Source: Candidatus Parcubacteria bacterium (lineage in GTDB: Bacteria > Patescibacteriota > Patescibacteriia > Patescibacteriales > UBA12075). Taken from it: a stretch of 64,000 nucleotides of DNA. A model generated the notes under the pieces. The model saw only the letters and a program-made list of their open reading frames with translations. It searched no databases and was not told where the DNA came from. Location: assembly GCA_002869165.1 (NCBI GenBank), contig PKTK01000006.1, forward strand, positions 2,127 to 66,126. Reading direction: 5' to 3'. Below, one piece after another: positions 9,271-19,070 of this stretch (position 1 is the first letter of the stretch; each line of letters begins with the position of its first letter). Position numbers and translations under genes: made by a program.

Positions 9271-10923
9271 TTAAAATTGTATCTCGTCAACATTTATTTC
9301 ATCGGTTACAAATTCTTTTTCATTGTCAAATTCATAATAACTATTTCTAATTTCTTCATTGATAAAATCGGCATCCATCCAGCCGTCCTTAACCAACAAT
9401 GAACCACCGGTGAAAGAATTTATGTCAACCTTCGCCCTAGTCTTGTCGGCGATATTGACCCATCTCTTACCTCCTTGCTTATAATGGCTTACGCTTATTC
9501 CTAGTTTTTCTAGATTAGGAATAATTTCTTCCATCTTTCTTACCAACCAACTTGAATTCTTCGGCCAATACTTGTCTCGCATATAATCAAGGTCGTATTG
9601 CTTTGCGTTGCTAATCAGCTTTTTGTATATATACTCAGGTGATCCTGTAATTTCGCCAACTTTATCTGACTTAATTAAATTCATAACAGCTACAGCCACC
9701 GGATTTACTTCGACCGCTTTTTCGTTTTGAGTTAATATATTATTTTCATATGCTTGTAAAAAGGCTTCGCCCCCTGTTTTAATTACTTCATTAATTGCAA
9801 AACCCCATTGTGCAAAATCTGCCATGCGTGGATATTTTTTTAATTTTATGCTTGGCTCTATTTTTATTGCCTCAGATGCAATATCAAAACATTCTCCCAG
9901 TATATACGGCTTCATTTTTTCAAACGTACTTTCGATTTCTTTTTCTGTTTTACGTAAACTCTCTGGAATTCTAGAAAGCTTTATGATCACTGACCTGTCT
10001 AACAAATCTGGTTTATTGGCTACACAGTTAACTCCATTTAATCCTAATATGTTCTTGAAGTTAAAGACAACTTCTTCCTTGTCTGTATATAGTTTGCGTT
10101 GTCCCACTCCCTCTCCTGTGCTGGATCTACATAGCTGGTCTGACTGTTCGACAGTTAGATTCGTAATGTTGTCGTAGAACATCGCCCAATTGCTAGCCAT
10201 AGCGATAGTAAAATCCTGCTGTTTCCCTGCTATTGATCTTGTCTTTAGAGTTGATGGATCAATTATTTCTTTTAAAAATCTTGAGGTTGTGGATTTAGAA
10301 GAGCCTTGCTGACCATGCAACACAAGTATCGGATGAGGAAAATCAGGTATAAAGGCACTGACAATAAAAGTCTTTAATAAAATTTCATCATCCCTTGAAC
10401 TAAGATTTATTAGTCTGATAAAATCATCCAGCCCCTTGCCTTGCAATGGTTCTACTTGCGGCTTCTGTGTGTTAAATCGCCTAAATAAAACTGGAGCATC
10501 TTTGATCGCCCATCCATTTTTATCATAGCGTACTGCCTTCCTGCCAAGGTCATACCAAAACACACCCGAACCTTCTTCAGCAACACGCACATAGAGCTTC
10601 TTTGTGTTCTTTGTTTTTAGCCTTGTTTTGGTATCAATTATTTTTACTGCTTTTATTATTGACTCGGTCCCAGGTGGCTTCTTGTCATGTTCATAACACT
10701 GATATAAAACCCAATTCTTAAATGTGTCTGAGTCTAACTCAACAATTTTTCCAGTACTTTGGTCCAGCAATACTTGTAGGGTATTGTTTTCATCTAAAAA
10801 AATATCTAAATTCGCACTCTCAATAATAGTAATAACCTTCCACACCCCCGTTGCATTGTCTTCTTCGTTGAGGATTTCTTCCTCTTCGTAATCACTAGTA
10901 TTTTTATTAATTTCTTTTTCCAT
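9271..10923 (-). CDS. SF3-helicase-like replication ATPase (D5/P4-alpha C-terminal type)
   Basis: 550 aa with Walker A HGQQGSSKST and Walker B-like AMFYDN. A motif-C-like stretch is LNGVNCVANKPDLLDRSVIIKL. Confidence 0.5.
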   Translation of the reverse strand: MEKEINKNTSDYEEEEILNEEDNATGVWKVITIIESANLDIFLDENNTLQVLLDQSTGKIVELDSDTFKNWVLYQCYEHDKKPPGTESIIKAVKIIDTKTRLKTKNTKKLYVRVAEEGSGVFWYDLGRKAVRYDKNGWAIKDAPVLFRRFNTQKPQVEPLQGKGLDDFIRLINLSSRDDEILLKTFIVSAFIPDFPHPILVLHGQQGSSKSTTSRFLKEIIDPSTLKTRSIAGKQQDFTIAMASNWAMFYDNITNLTVEQSDQLCRSSTGEGVGQRKLYTDKEEVVFNFKNILGLNGVNCVANKPDLLDRSVIIKLSRIPESLRKTEKEIESTFEKMKPYILGECFDIASEAIKIEPSIKLKKYPRMADFAQWGFAINEVIKTGGEAFLQAYENNILTQNEKAVEVNPVAVAVMNLIKSDKVGEITGSPEYIYKKLISNAKQYDLDYMRDKYWPKNSSWLVRKMEEIIPNLEKLGISVSHYKQGGKRWVNIADKTRAKVDINSFTGGSLLVKDGWMDADFINEEIRNSYYEFDNEKEFVTDEINVDEIQF

Positions 10924-10929
10924 GTTTTT

Positions 10930-11451
10930 TTATCGAGTAACCATTGTTAAATTATGCACTGACAATAAATGTCCGATACTTAAAGCATCAACATCTTCAG
11001 CTTCACACCTGAGACAATATTCCAACTGAGCTATCCATTTTACTGAATGAGCAAAACAATCGTAACATATGTCAGAACTGTTTTGATTAAACTCTTCAAG
11101 TAAATTATCTAGGTTTTCTAACAAAGCGCCGTCCATATAGTCCATGTTCCAGTCTAAACCATATATCATTTGACCTTCATTGTTTGATTTTTTTCTTACG
11201 TACAAGAAATTATATCCTTTAGAAAAAAGGAAGGCGGCGAAGGCCATGTCCTCAGTTTCAAAATACGTGTCTTGATTTTTTTCTTTTGTCATTTTTTTAA
11301 ATTTAATACTTACCTTTTCATTGTAGTTGTTTATTGCAAGGCTGTCTGTTCTCGCTTCTATATCAGCATGTAAAAAAATAACTGTATTAATATTAGTCCA
11401 AGGATCGCAGTTATTAACAGCGACCAAAAAGCGATATAGTACCACTACCAA
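10930..11451 (-). CDS. hypothetical protein, DUF5659-like core
   Basis: 173 aa. DTYFETEDMAFAAFLFSKGYNFLYV resembles the DUF5659 pattern as I remember it. The true start may be the internal MTKEKNQ. Confidence 0.4.
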   Translation of the reverse strand: MVVVLYRFLVAVNNCDPWTNINTVIFLHADIEARTDSLAINNYNEKVSIKFKKMTKEKNQDTYFETEDMAFAAFLFSKGYNFLYVRKKSNNEGQMIYGLDWNMDYMDGALLENLDNLLEEFNQNSSDICYDCFAHSVKWIAQLEYCLRCEAEDVDALSIGHLLSVHNLTMVTR

Positions 11452-12287
11452 GATTCCACAAATTTATAACGATTTCGTTTGGCTTTATTATTCAAGTTCT
11501 CACTTTTCTTAATAATAATTTCAAACCTTGAATTGTTAATTATTCCCTGAACTTGATCATTTAACCAATCAACATCCCTCCTAAGCTGATCACTACTGAC
11601 CCTCGTAAATCGAGGGTATTTTGATATATACAAATTTACATCATGATAATCATAGTCCTCACTATCTGCTCTATGTTTGTAAAGGAAGTAATAAATTAGC
11701 GCCTTTCTTCCTGTAATGATCAATGGCTTGAAACTCTTGATTGTTAGTATTCCTTCTGTCTTGCTTTCATTAAACCTATACACAATCGCTTCGTCCGATC
11801 CCGGTTCTGTAATATCCATAATCTGTCCTTGGATAATATTTTTACTTAAGTCTGATAAATTACTAAGTAGCCCTGTATCTATGACGCTGAATCTATTCAA
11901 GCTTGTTATTATTGGTTGTACAATATTTTTTACACTTATATTTCTACAGCCAGCCAAAAGTTTAACTAATTCCTCTTTAAAATCAACTGATATTTTTTTT
12001 AAATCATACAAGGTTTTGACTAGATATTCATTTGTCTGCCCACGTTGAAGTAATAAAACGCCCTTGCGAGAGTCAACCAACATCTTTTCTATTACTTGTA
12101 TAGAATTAATCATTAGTGCTCTGTGCTTATTGCTTTTAATGATCCCCATTTTACTGGAATAAAAAGCGTACTGGTTGGTTTCGAAGTCAGACTCCAGATC
12201 ACAAATCAATTTCCAGAGTATATTAAAAACTTCCCGGCTAGTATAAAGCTTACTGTCCGATTCCTCAGTAATGATATATATCCTCAT
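11445..12287 (-). CDS. hypothetical protein
   Basis: 280 aa ORF, co-oriented, with a 7-nt overlap onto the next gene. No motif recognised. Confidence 0.5.
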   Translation of the reverse strand: MRIYIITEESDSKLYTSREVFNILWKLICDLESDFETNQYAFYSSKMGIIKSNKHRALMINSIQVIEKMLVDSRKGVLLLQRGQTNEYLVKTLYDLKKISVDFKEELVKLLAGCRNISVKNIVQPIITSLNRFSVIDTGLLSNLSDLSKNIIQGQIMDITEPGSDEAIVYRFNESKTEGILTIKSFKPLIITGRKALIYYFLYKHRADSEDYDYHDVNLYISKYPRFTRVSSDQLRRDVDWLNDQVQGIINNSRFEIIIKKSENLNNKAKRNRYKFVESW

Positions 12288-12293
12288 ATTTTG

Positions 12294-12641
12294 TTACTTA
12301 GCTTTTATAAGCGCTTTTTTTATTGCTGACTTTGATATATACAAAGTACCAGGATATTTTCCATGAAATCCATTAATTATCTGAGGCAAGGCTTTTCGGG
12401 CAAACTCTGCTTGAGTTGTAGCAAAGACATTAATGTCAGCTGATTCAGCCAGATAGGCTTCACTCCTCCCATGGTTATGTTTGTCCCACCATTCAAGTTT
12501 ATTTTTACAACAATCACGGCATAAAAAACTCAACCCATTTGGAATTAATCTTGGTCGGTAAGACCTTGTTACTGTAGATCCTGGCGCATATGCCACAGCA
12601 ATAGCTTTTTCAATTTTGTTACCACAATCACATAAAATCAT
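12294..12641 (-). CDS. hypothetical Cys-rich protein
   Basis: 115 aa with C-x-C near the N-terminus and CRDCC. Confidence 0.4.
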   Translation of the reverse strand: MILCDCGNKIEKAIAVAYAPGSTVTRSYRPRLIPNGLSFLCRDCCKNKLEWWDKHNHGRSEAYLAESADINVFATTQAEFARKALPQIINGFHGKYPGTLYISKSAIKKALIKAK

Positions 12642-12673
12642 AATTTTATTTTTTACATTAATTAACTTTTTAC

Positions 12674-12790
12674 TTAAACCTTTCGCTCTTTTAGCAATTT
12701 AATTGCCGCGTCAAGGTCCTTAGTAAAACCAGGCAAGTTTCTAGCTGGCTTTTTCACTAGCGGTTTCTTTGGTTTTTTCTCTTGTTTCAT
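12674..12790 (-). CDS. possible 38-aa basic peptide
   Basis: My hand translation gives MKQEKKPKKPLVKKPARNLPGFTKDLDAAIKLLKERKV. It is below the track cutoff and has no other support. Confidence 0.2.
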   Translation of the reverse strand: MKQEKKPKKPLVKKPARNLPGFTKDLDAAIKLLKERKV

Positions 12791-13087
12791 AGTTATTTTT
12801 ATTAATTAATAAACGCAAAAAAACACAGCCCAAAAAAATGGGTGTGTCTGTACTGTACTAAAATAGTATTTAATTTTACTGCACTTAAATCAATATTCAT
12901 GACGAGAATTTACTTGCTAGCTGAACTATTAATAGCTTATTTTAGTTCACATCTGCTTTTTCGATTCTCTTTTTTGAATATTCAAATTTAAGTATAAAGG
13001 CACTTTAAACTATATTAAAAAATATGTCAATAAACTTATTCAAATAAAAAAACACAAGCATATTCAGCTCATGATTTTTTGCTATAA

Positions 13088-14173
13088 TTATTTTTTAGCT
13101 ATTAACTTTGCCAAATCATCTTCCTTCTCATATCCCCGCAATTCACCGAATAACATACCAAGGCGGTAACTAACCCCGGAAGACATTAAGCGCCAGTTGG
13201 TGGTTTCAAGTGTCTTCTTGATAGCTTTTTCCAGTTGCTTTTTGCTGTCATATTCTTCTCGGCCTGACTTTGCATCTCTGATATTAAACGGTGCTATAAC
13301 ATGACGACCTTGCTCGGGCGTCTTCAGTTCCAATTTGATATACCCCTGTTCTTCCAGCTTGGATACAAGCAGATTCTCTAGCTCAACAATGGATAACTTT
13401 TTTATCGAAGCCACTTTATCGTACAGCTCTTGATTCGCCTCCCTATCTTCAATCTTCCTTAAAACTTTTTGCAACTGATCTGTTCTTATTTTGAAACTTA
13501 AATATTCCTGCCCAGCTTCATCTGATATACAGAACCGATCTCTATCTGTTTCATAATTCGAATCTACTTCTTCGGGCTTGCTTTCCATATCATACTCATA
13601 AGTTTTAATTACTCCATGCTCAGGACATTTGTAATAAGTAGTTATTTTTTCTTCTTCACGTTTATGTGTTTTATCCAAAACTTTACCGCACTTGTCGCAA
13701 TGCTCCGGCGTAGCTTTAAACTCTTCACCGGTATGAAAAAAGCCTCGACCTTTTCGACAACTACCACATCTAAAAATAAATAAAACCTTATCTTCAGTAT
13801 TCAAATTCCCGATATGCAGTGTCTTTGTCTCAACTGACATTTCCTTGTTACATGCTAAACAAAAAATGCCAACCGGAGTTTTGGCACTTTCCATGAGCTC
13901 ATCTCGCTTCTTGTCTTCGTCCATCCATTGACGAATTGTTTCGCTTTTTTCCAAATACCTTTCCCCAGTTTCAAAATATAAACCCAGGTCCTTAAACAAT
14001 CCGTTGGTGGCACGTTTAAATTCATCCTCATTCTTATTACCGGTAATTTTGGTATCACAATCCAAAAAGAACTTTTCCTTTATCCGCATTAAATCAACAG
14101 TCATCCGATCATACCTGTCAATATAATATTGTTCTGACTTTAAATGCTTCTCCATACTATTACTAGTCTTCAA
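13088..14173 (-). CDS. multi-zinc-ribbon protein, unknown function
   Basis: 361 aa with several CxxC pairs (CLACNK, CGSCRK, CDKCGK, KCPEHG). Its start overlaps the FtsK-like gene's stop by 11 nt. Confidence 0.55.
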   Translation of the reverse strand: MKTSNSMEKHLKSEQYYIDRYDRMTVDLMRIKEKFFLDCDTKITGNKNEDEFKRATNGLFKDLGLYFETGERYLEKSETIRQWMDEDKKRDELMESAKTPVGIFCLACNKEMSVETKTLHIGNLNTEDKVLFIFRCGSCRKGRGFFHTGEEFKATPEHCDKCGKVLDKTHKREEEKITTYYKCPEHGVIKTYEYDMESKPEEVDSNYETDRDRFCISDEAGQEYLSFKIRTDQLQKVLRKIEDREANQELYDKVASIKKLSIVELENLLVSKLEEQGYIKLELKTPEQGRHVIAPFNIRDAKSGREEYDSKKQLEKAIKKTLETTNWRLMSSGVSYRLGMLFGELRGYEKEDDLAKLIAKK

Positions 14174-15749
14174 TATTAAACCCAGTAACTCCGTCTTGTT
14201 TTTGAATAATGTTAACTAATTTTTCTGCTTCTGAATATGTAATATTGATTCTTCTTTGTACTGCACTTGGCGAATAACACCTTTCTTCGTACAAAATCTT
14301 TTTAACAATCGCCAGCTTTTCTTCGTCGGTTATATTATCCGGTAGTTTTTTAGCTTTACAGCTATGAGTATAATCAATAATTCCCATGTTCAAAAGATAA
14401 TCAATCAAACGGCAAGCGGTTACGTGATCTATACTAAGCTTGTCATTCAAATCAGCCGCTCGAAGTTCTCTATTCTTCTTGGCTAATACCTCCGCTTTAT
14501 CAAATAAATCCTTGTTAACTTCAGATAATTCTTTTCTGTCGATATAATTGCCAGCTTTAACCGCTTCAATTATTTTTTCTATTTCATTTTCACTTATAAA
14601 AAATCCTTGAAAGCGCCAAGGGGTATTCTCAATTTTCTCAATCTTAACCTTATCACCGGCAACAATCTTTTTCCCCTTTGGTAATTTGATATCAATCTCG
14701 CTTTGTTTACAAAGCATGTCACCTTGACCTAATAGTTTTTCTCCTCCGCTCTCACCTAGAATTGTTATTGAATCTTGTTCTGAAGCTGTACTAAATGAAA
14801 TCTGAACCAAAAATTCAGCTACCATTTCTTTGGGCATTATCTGTTTCGGATCTGGCCTTGATGTACCAAGTATAATATTAAAACCAACCGCTCCTCCCAT
14901 ACTAGCAATCCTAGTTATCTGTTTAAGAAAATAATCATGATCAGCTACCATCAAATCAGAAAATTCATCAATCATTATTATATAGCAGGGCCACTTCTCC
15001 TCGGCAAATAAATTATAATTAGCAATATTACTAATTCCTTTTGCTTGAAGTATATCAAAGCGCCTGTCTATCTCCTCCATGCACCAATCAAACGCTTTCC
15101 TAGCTTCCTCAGCATTAACCATAACTGGAAATTTTAAATGCTGTAGTCCTTTATAAGTATATAATTCAACCCTCTTAGGATCAATCAGAATCAAACCAAG
15201 TTCTTCGGGCTTGCACTGGAATAATAAACTGGCAATTACTGTATGGAAAAAATTAGATTTACCTGAATTCGTAGCACCGCCAATTATTATGTTCCCCCTC
15301 TGTCTTATATCGACCACATCGTTAGACATATTATCATCTCGGCCAATTGGCAATCCCACCTTACCTGTCAGTTCATCAAACACGCAATCTTCTAAAGCGT
15401 CCTTCAGTCCTACTAATGCTTTCTTCTTATTGGGAATTTCTATCACTATGTATTTTTCTAGTCCAGAAAACAAGCTAACTCTTACCGGATAACTCTTCAG
15501 GGCTAAGCTTAGATTGTTCGTAAAATCTTTTTGTTTATAGTTTTCGTAGTTCTCAAATATAATATACTTAAAAACCGATACTCTCGGCGCAACATCAAAG
15601 CTAGTATAGATAACTCCGACACCAGCGGATTCAAACTCTTTCTCGATTATCTTTTTAGATTCTTCAAAATCAACACCAACCGGCTTCTCCTTATAATCTC
15701 GCAATAAATCTAGGGGTAATAAAAAATTACTAGGTTCTTTTTGTATCAT
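14163..15749 (-). CDS. FtsK/SpoIIIE-family DNA translocase-like ATPase (no TM segment)
   Basis: 528 aa with Walker A GGATNSGKSNF and Walker B YIIMIDEFSDL. The C-terminal helical segments resemble winged-helix DNA-binding repeats. Confidence 0.75.
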   Translation of the reverse strand: MIQKEPSNFLLPLDLLRDYKEKPVGVDFEESKKIIEKEFESAGVGVIYTSFDVAPRVSVFKYIIFENYENYKQKDFTNNLSLALKSYPVRVSLFSGLEKYIVIEIPNKKKALVGLKDALEDCVFDELTGKVGLPIGRDDNMSNDVVDIRQRGNIIIGGATNSGKSNFFHTVIASLLFQCKPEELGLILIDPKRVELYTYKGLQHLKFPVMVNAEEARKAFDWCMEEIDRRFDILQAKGISNIANYNLFAEEKWPCYIIMIDEFSDLMVADHDYFLKQITRIASMGGAVGFNIILGTSRPDPKQIMPKEMVAEFLVQISFSTASEQDSITILGESGGEKLLGQGDMLCKQSEIDIKLPKGKKIVAGDKVKIEKIENTPWRFQGFFISENEIEKIIEAVKAGNYIDRKELSEVNKDLFDKAEVLAKKNRELRAADLNDKLSIDHVTACRLIDYLLNMGIIDYTHSCKAKKLPDNITDEEKLAIVKKILYEERCYSPSAVQRRINITYSEAEKLVNIIQKQDGVTGFNIED

Positions 15750-16138
15750 ATAATATTCATTATTTGTTTTAACTTATCTGGTTCTGATTTTAGATTGATT
15801 AAAATAATTTTTTCTTTGGCATTATTCTCAGCTAGAACATTCGATTCTGCTTGCATAACATAGTCATCCAGCCAACGAAAGTCCTGACTAAAATCTATCG
15901 CTTCAGTTTTAAGTGTTTGCCAGTTAGTAGATTTGATCTTATCCAAACAAGGCAATACCTCATCTGGCAACTTGTCCTGTAAATACTGAGCTGTTACTTG
16001 TGCATTACCTCGACAGTGGGTAGTAAGCCAATATACATTATGTTTATCAGTAATATATTTTAAAAATTCAGAAACATAATCTGCTGGCTTCGAATCTTTT
16101 TTAATTAAAACTTGATCTATATCCAGATAAATATTCAT
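15746..16138 (-). CDS. HAD-like small phosphatase/nucleotidase-like protein
   Basis: 130 aa with an N-terminal DxDxV motif (LDIDQVL) and a late WLDD. Confidence 0.4.
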   Translation of the reverse strand: MNIYLDIDQVLIKKDSKPADYVSEFLKYITDKHNVYWLTTHCRGNAQVTAQYLQDKLPDEVLPCLDKIKSTNWQTLKTEAIDFSQDFRWLDDYVMQAESNVLAENNAKEKIILINLKSEPDKLKQIMNII

Positions 16139-16154
16139 AAAAATATATTAGTTT

Positions 16155-16499
16155 CTACAATTCATTTTCTTCAATAGCATCTTCGACCCATCTACTTACA
16201 TCGCTAATTTCATATACTTTGTCAGGATAAACAGCAACAATTTTATAATTATTATGTAGTTCACATTCGCTCCAAACTTTCTTACACAACTTACATTTTT
16301 TATTACTGTCTAAAGGTTCAACATAACCAACATAAACTTGGTAATCCATTTCTTCATGTGGTCCATGAATTTTCCAGGTTTCATCCAAACATGGAGACAG
16401 GTTTAGTTCAGGTAATTTTTTTCTAATTTTATGAAAATGATATTCATTTCCTTCTTCGTTTAATTTTATATCACCCATATCTTTTATTTTTATGGCCAA
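16155..16499 (-). CDS. hypothetical protein
   Basis: 114 aa ORF in the operon-like run, containing CKLCKK. No family recognised. Confidence 0.4.
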   Translation of the reverse strand: MAIKIKDMGDIKLNEEGNEYHFHKIRKKLPELNLSPCLDETWKIHGPHEEMDYQVYVGYVEPLDSNKKCKLCKKVWSECELHNNYKIVAVYPDKVYEISDVSRWVEDAIEENEL

Positions 16500-16705
16500 A
16501 ACTGCGCTGCAATATTGGCTGCTTTTTTAGTTGAATATTCCCACTGTTCTCCGGCGCATGTCCCCATGTCCCAGCGAATATGTCGTTCAAATATACACCC
16601 GGTTAGAAAATACCATGGAAAAAAAATGAGGCGTAACGCAAGAAATATTAATATACATAATACAACCCCTCCCCAAAAAACTTTTTCCTTCTTAGTTATG
16701 TACAT
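16490..16705 (-). CDS. small membrane protein (71 aa)
   Basis: The internal ATG (MYITKKEKVFWGGVVLCILIFLAL...) at 16703-16705 lies 1 nt after the stop of the 787-aa gene. It has one or two hydrophobic helices. Confidence 0.4.
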   Translation of the reverse strand: MYITKKEKVFWGGVVLCILIFLALRLIFFPWYFLTGCIFERHIRWDMGTCAGEQWEYSTKKAANIAAQFWP

Positions 16706-16706
16706 A

Positions 16707-19070
16707 TTATTTCTTTTTTTTCTTATCATTTTCTTTTTTCTCAATTTTCTCTGATATCGGACTACTTGCATCAAACATATTCCACATTTCAAATGTAAAC
16801 CAATCAATATCTGTAATTTCAACTCTTTCGATTAACCAATGTTCTGCTCTTTTTAAAATATCGGCCTCTCGCCTATTTTTATAAAATTCATCACGCAATT
16901 GCATTACCTCAACTCTAACAAGCTCTTTCTTAGGCGAAGTCGGCTCCACCCCTTCCGGTAAATTTGAAAAATAATACTCTTCAAATTTTTGTTGAAATAC
17001 TTTTAGATTCACTTTCAAATTCTCGACTATGTCTTTCTTTTTATTTTTCAATGCAAGAATACCAATGTAACATGCTCGTTCCATAATCCTTGGTTCAGTA
17101 TAACCATATTTAGAATCAGACTCTTTCTCAAACATATCCATGGCTAATTTAAATAAAATTTCAATAGCATCTTCAGCTAACTTATCTTGATTGACATCAA
17201 AAGATATTATCACAATAACCGAAACTGCTTCTACTAATTTATCAAAATGTAAATTGGATTCAATTTTTTTTACTTCATGTGTGAACCAGGACGGCTGATG
17301 CAAATACCAACCAAGAATCCTTATCAGCTCTTCTTTTTGTTTATTCCATTTTTCATCCTTAATACAATTAACCATTAGACAAGAAATATCAATAATAGTT
17401 TTGGCAAAAGTTTCAACTAAAGCATGGTCTGCTGTTTTAATTTTTTCCGATATCTCACGAAGACAACGACGATATTCCTCAATTAGACGGACAAAAGTCA
17501 ACTGCGTATTATCTCTTTTATCATTTTTTTCTTTTTGTGCAATCTGATATAGAACATTTGCTAAATGAGAAACCCTATAAAATATTGAGTCCAACTCGAC
17601 GGAGGCATAAATATCTTGTATGCTTTTTGTTCTTATATTTAAAAATACAAAAAGAGTTATAGAACTAATATGATCAAAGTAATTTCTCAAATAAAGCCTC
17701 CTATCTGTAATGCTCTTCAGAACTAAAGCTTGCAATATAATATCGTAAACTTTAATCACTTCCTTCCAAACAACATCAAGTCGATTTGAAATACAATGAA
17801 AAGCGATTTTATCTAAAATATTATAAACAGAATATAAGTCTTGTTCACAACCGTTAGCAATCATCACTGGGATTATTTCTTGATATGCTCGCACTCCTTG
17901 AAACATTGCTTCCATATTATTATTTTTCACCGCACTAACCAATAATGAATCTAGGTATCCCCTGCATTGTGAAAAAATTGGATTGCTTCTTTGTCTGGGA
18001 CCAACATATTTAATATTTTGAGCATTTATAGCTAGGCTTTTCAATATGTTTATTATATGAGTTACGCCTACGCTATCATTTTTATTAATATAAAACTCTC
18101 CCCTAGAAACAAAGTTCTCTAAGTTGGGCGTAAGGAAACTCTGTGAATCGCTCACGCCAACCCAAATAACATCAGCTGAGGGAACCACCAATGACGACTC
18201 ACTCCTTAAGCTAAAATACTTTAATATAATTTTATAAGCAGTTGTTAATGAATTTCTCGCCATTTTCTTTTCTTGAGAATTATAAAGCTTGTCGTGGAAA
18301 TCAAAAAGATAATCTAGTCTATTGTTAATATCTGAAAAATAAGATTGAAATCCCCTGTAGGCGGTCGCCTCTGCTAAACTCTTATCAATAGGCTCACCTG
18401 ATTCACTAGGTTTTGAAGAATACAAGACTGCAACCTCGCTAGCTAACTTCTTTATTTTATTTAAATATTCATAACTACTACTTTCTATAATTTTTAAATT
18501 ATTATTAGGTTTTATTTTTTCTCTTATTCTTCTAAACAAAAAATATAGCAACCAAAAAACAAGACCAACAACAATCAACGAACCTTGAGCGAGAAAGTTT
18601 AAAGTTTCTTTACTAAAAATATTCGAAGAAGATGTAAAGATTATTGCTAGTGAAAAAAATGCAAAAATAAAAAACGTAATCACCCAATATATTGCAGATT
18701 GAAACTTGTCTTTAGCTACTAAATCAAAAAACCCAGCAGATGATCGCTGGGCCGCATTTTGAATTAATAATATAGTTAAGGAGAAAACTATTGCTAATGC
18801 GCTTCCAAACATTGCGCCACTAGCGGTAAAAAATCTAATACCTCCTTCTGAAAGAATGGAGCCATTAGCTAGCTTTAAAATATAAAATGATATTATTATA
18901 ATCAAAGTAAAATATACTATAGATAGAACTGCGAAAGAATAACGATGTATGTATTTATTATACAAGTGCAAAAACAAAGTCTTTATTTTAAACTTTAAAA
19001 ATAAATAATAATAGACAATGATTTTTTTTACTTTACCAAACGCATTAGTAATATTCTTTAATATATTCAT
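16707..19070 (-). CDS. 787-aa membrane protein, unknown function, coupled to hsdR
   Basis: The N-terminal 180 aa or so carry several TM helices, followed by a helical soluble region of about 600 aa and a K-rich tail. The ATG at 19068-19070 overlaps the hsdR 3' end by 26 nt. Confidence 0.6.
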   Translation of the reverse strand: MNILKNITNAFGKVKKIIVYYYLFLKFKIKTLFLHLYNKYIHRYSFAVLSIVYFTLIIIISFYILKLANGSILSEGGIRFFTASGAMFGSALAIVFSLTILLIQNAAQRSSAGFFDLVAKDKFQSAIYWVITFFIFAFFSLAIIFTSSSNIFSKETLNFLAQGSLIVVGLVFWLLYFLFRRIREKIKPNNNLKIIESSSYEYLNKIKKLASEVAVLYSSKPSESGEPIDKSLAEATAYRGFQSYFSDINNRLDYLFDFHDKLYNSQEKKMARNSLTTAYKIILKYFSLRSESSLVVPSADVIWVGVSDSQSFLTPNLENFVSRGEFYINKNDSVGVTHIINILKSLAINAQNIKYVGPRQRSNPIFSQCRGYLDSLLVSAVKNNNMEAMFQGVRAYQEIIPVMIANGCEQDLYSVYNILDKIAFHCISNRLDVVWKEVIKVYDIILQALVLKSITDRRLYLRNYFDHISSITLFVFLNIRTKSIQDIYASVELDSIFYRVSHLANVLYQIAQKEKNDKRDNTQLTFVRLIEEYRRCLREISEKIKTADHALVETFAKTIIDISCLMVNCIKDEKWNKQKEELIRILGWYLHQPSWFTHEVKKIESNLHFDKLVEAVSVIVIISFDVNQDKLAEDAIEILFKLAMDMFEKESDSKYGYTEPRIMERACYIGILALKNKKKDIVENLKVNLKVFQQKFEEYYFSNLPEGVEPTSPKKELVRVEVMQLRDEFYKNRREADILKRAEHWLIERVEITDIDWFTFEMWNMFDASSPISEKIEKKENDKKKKK

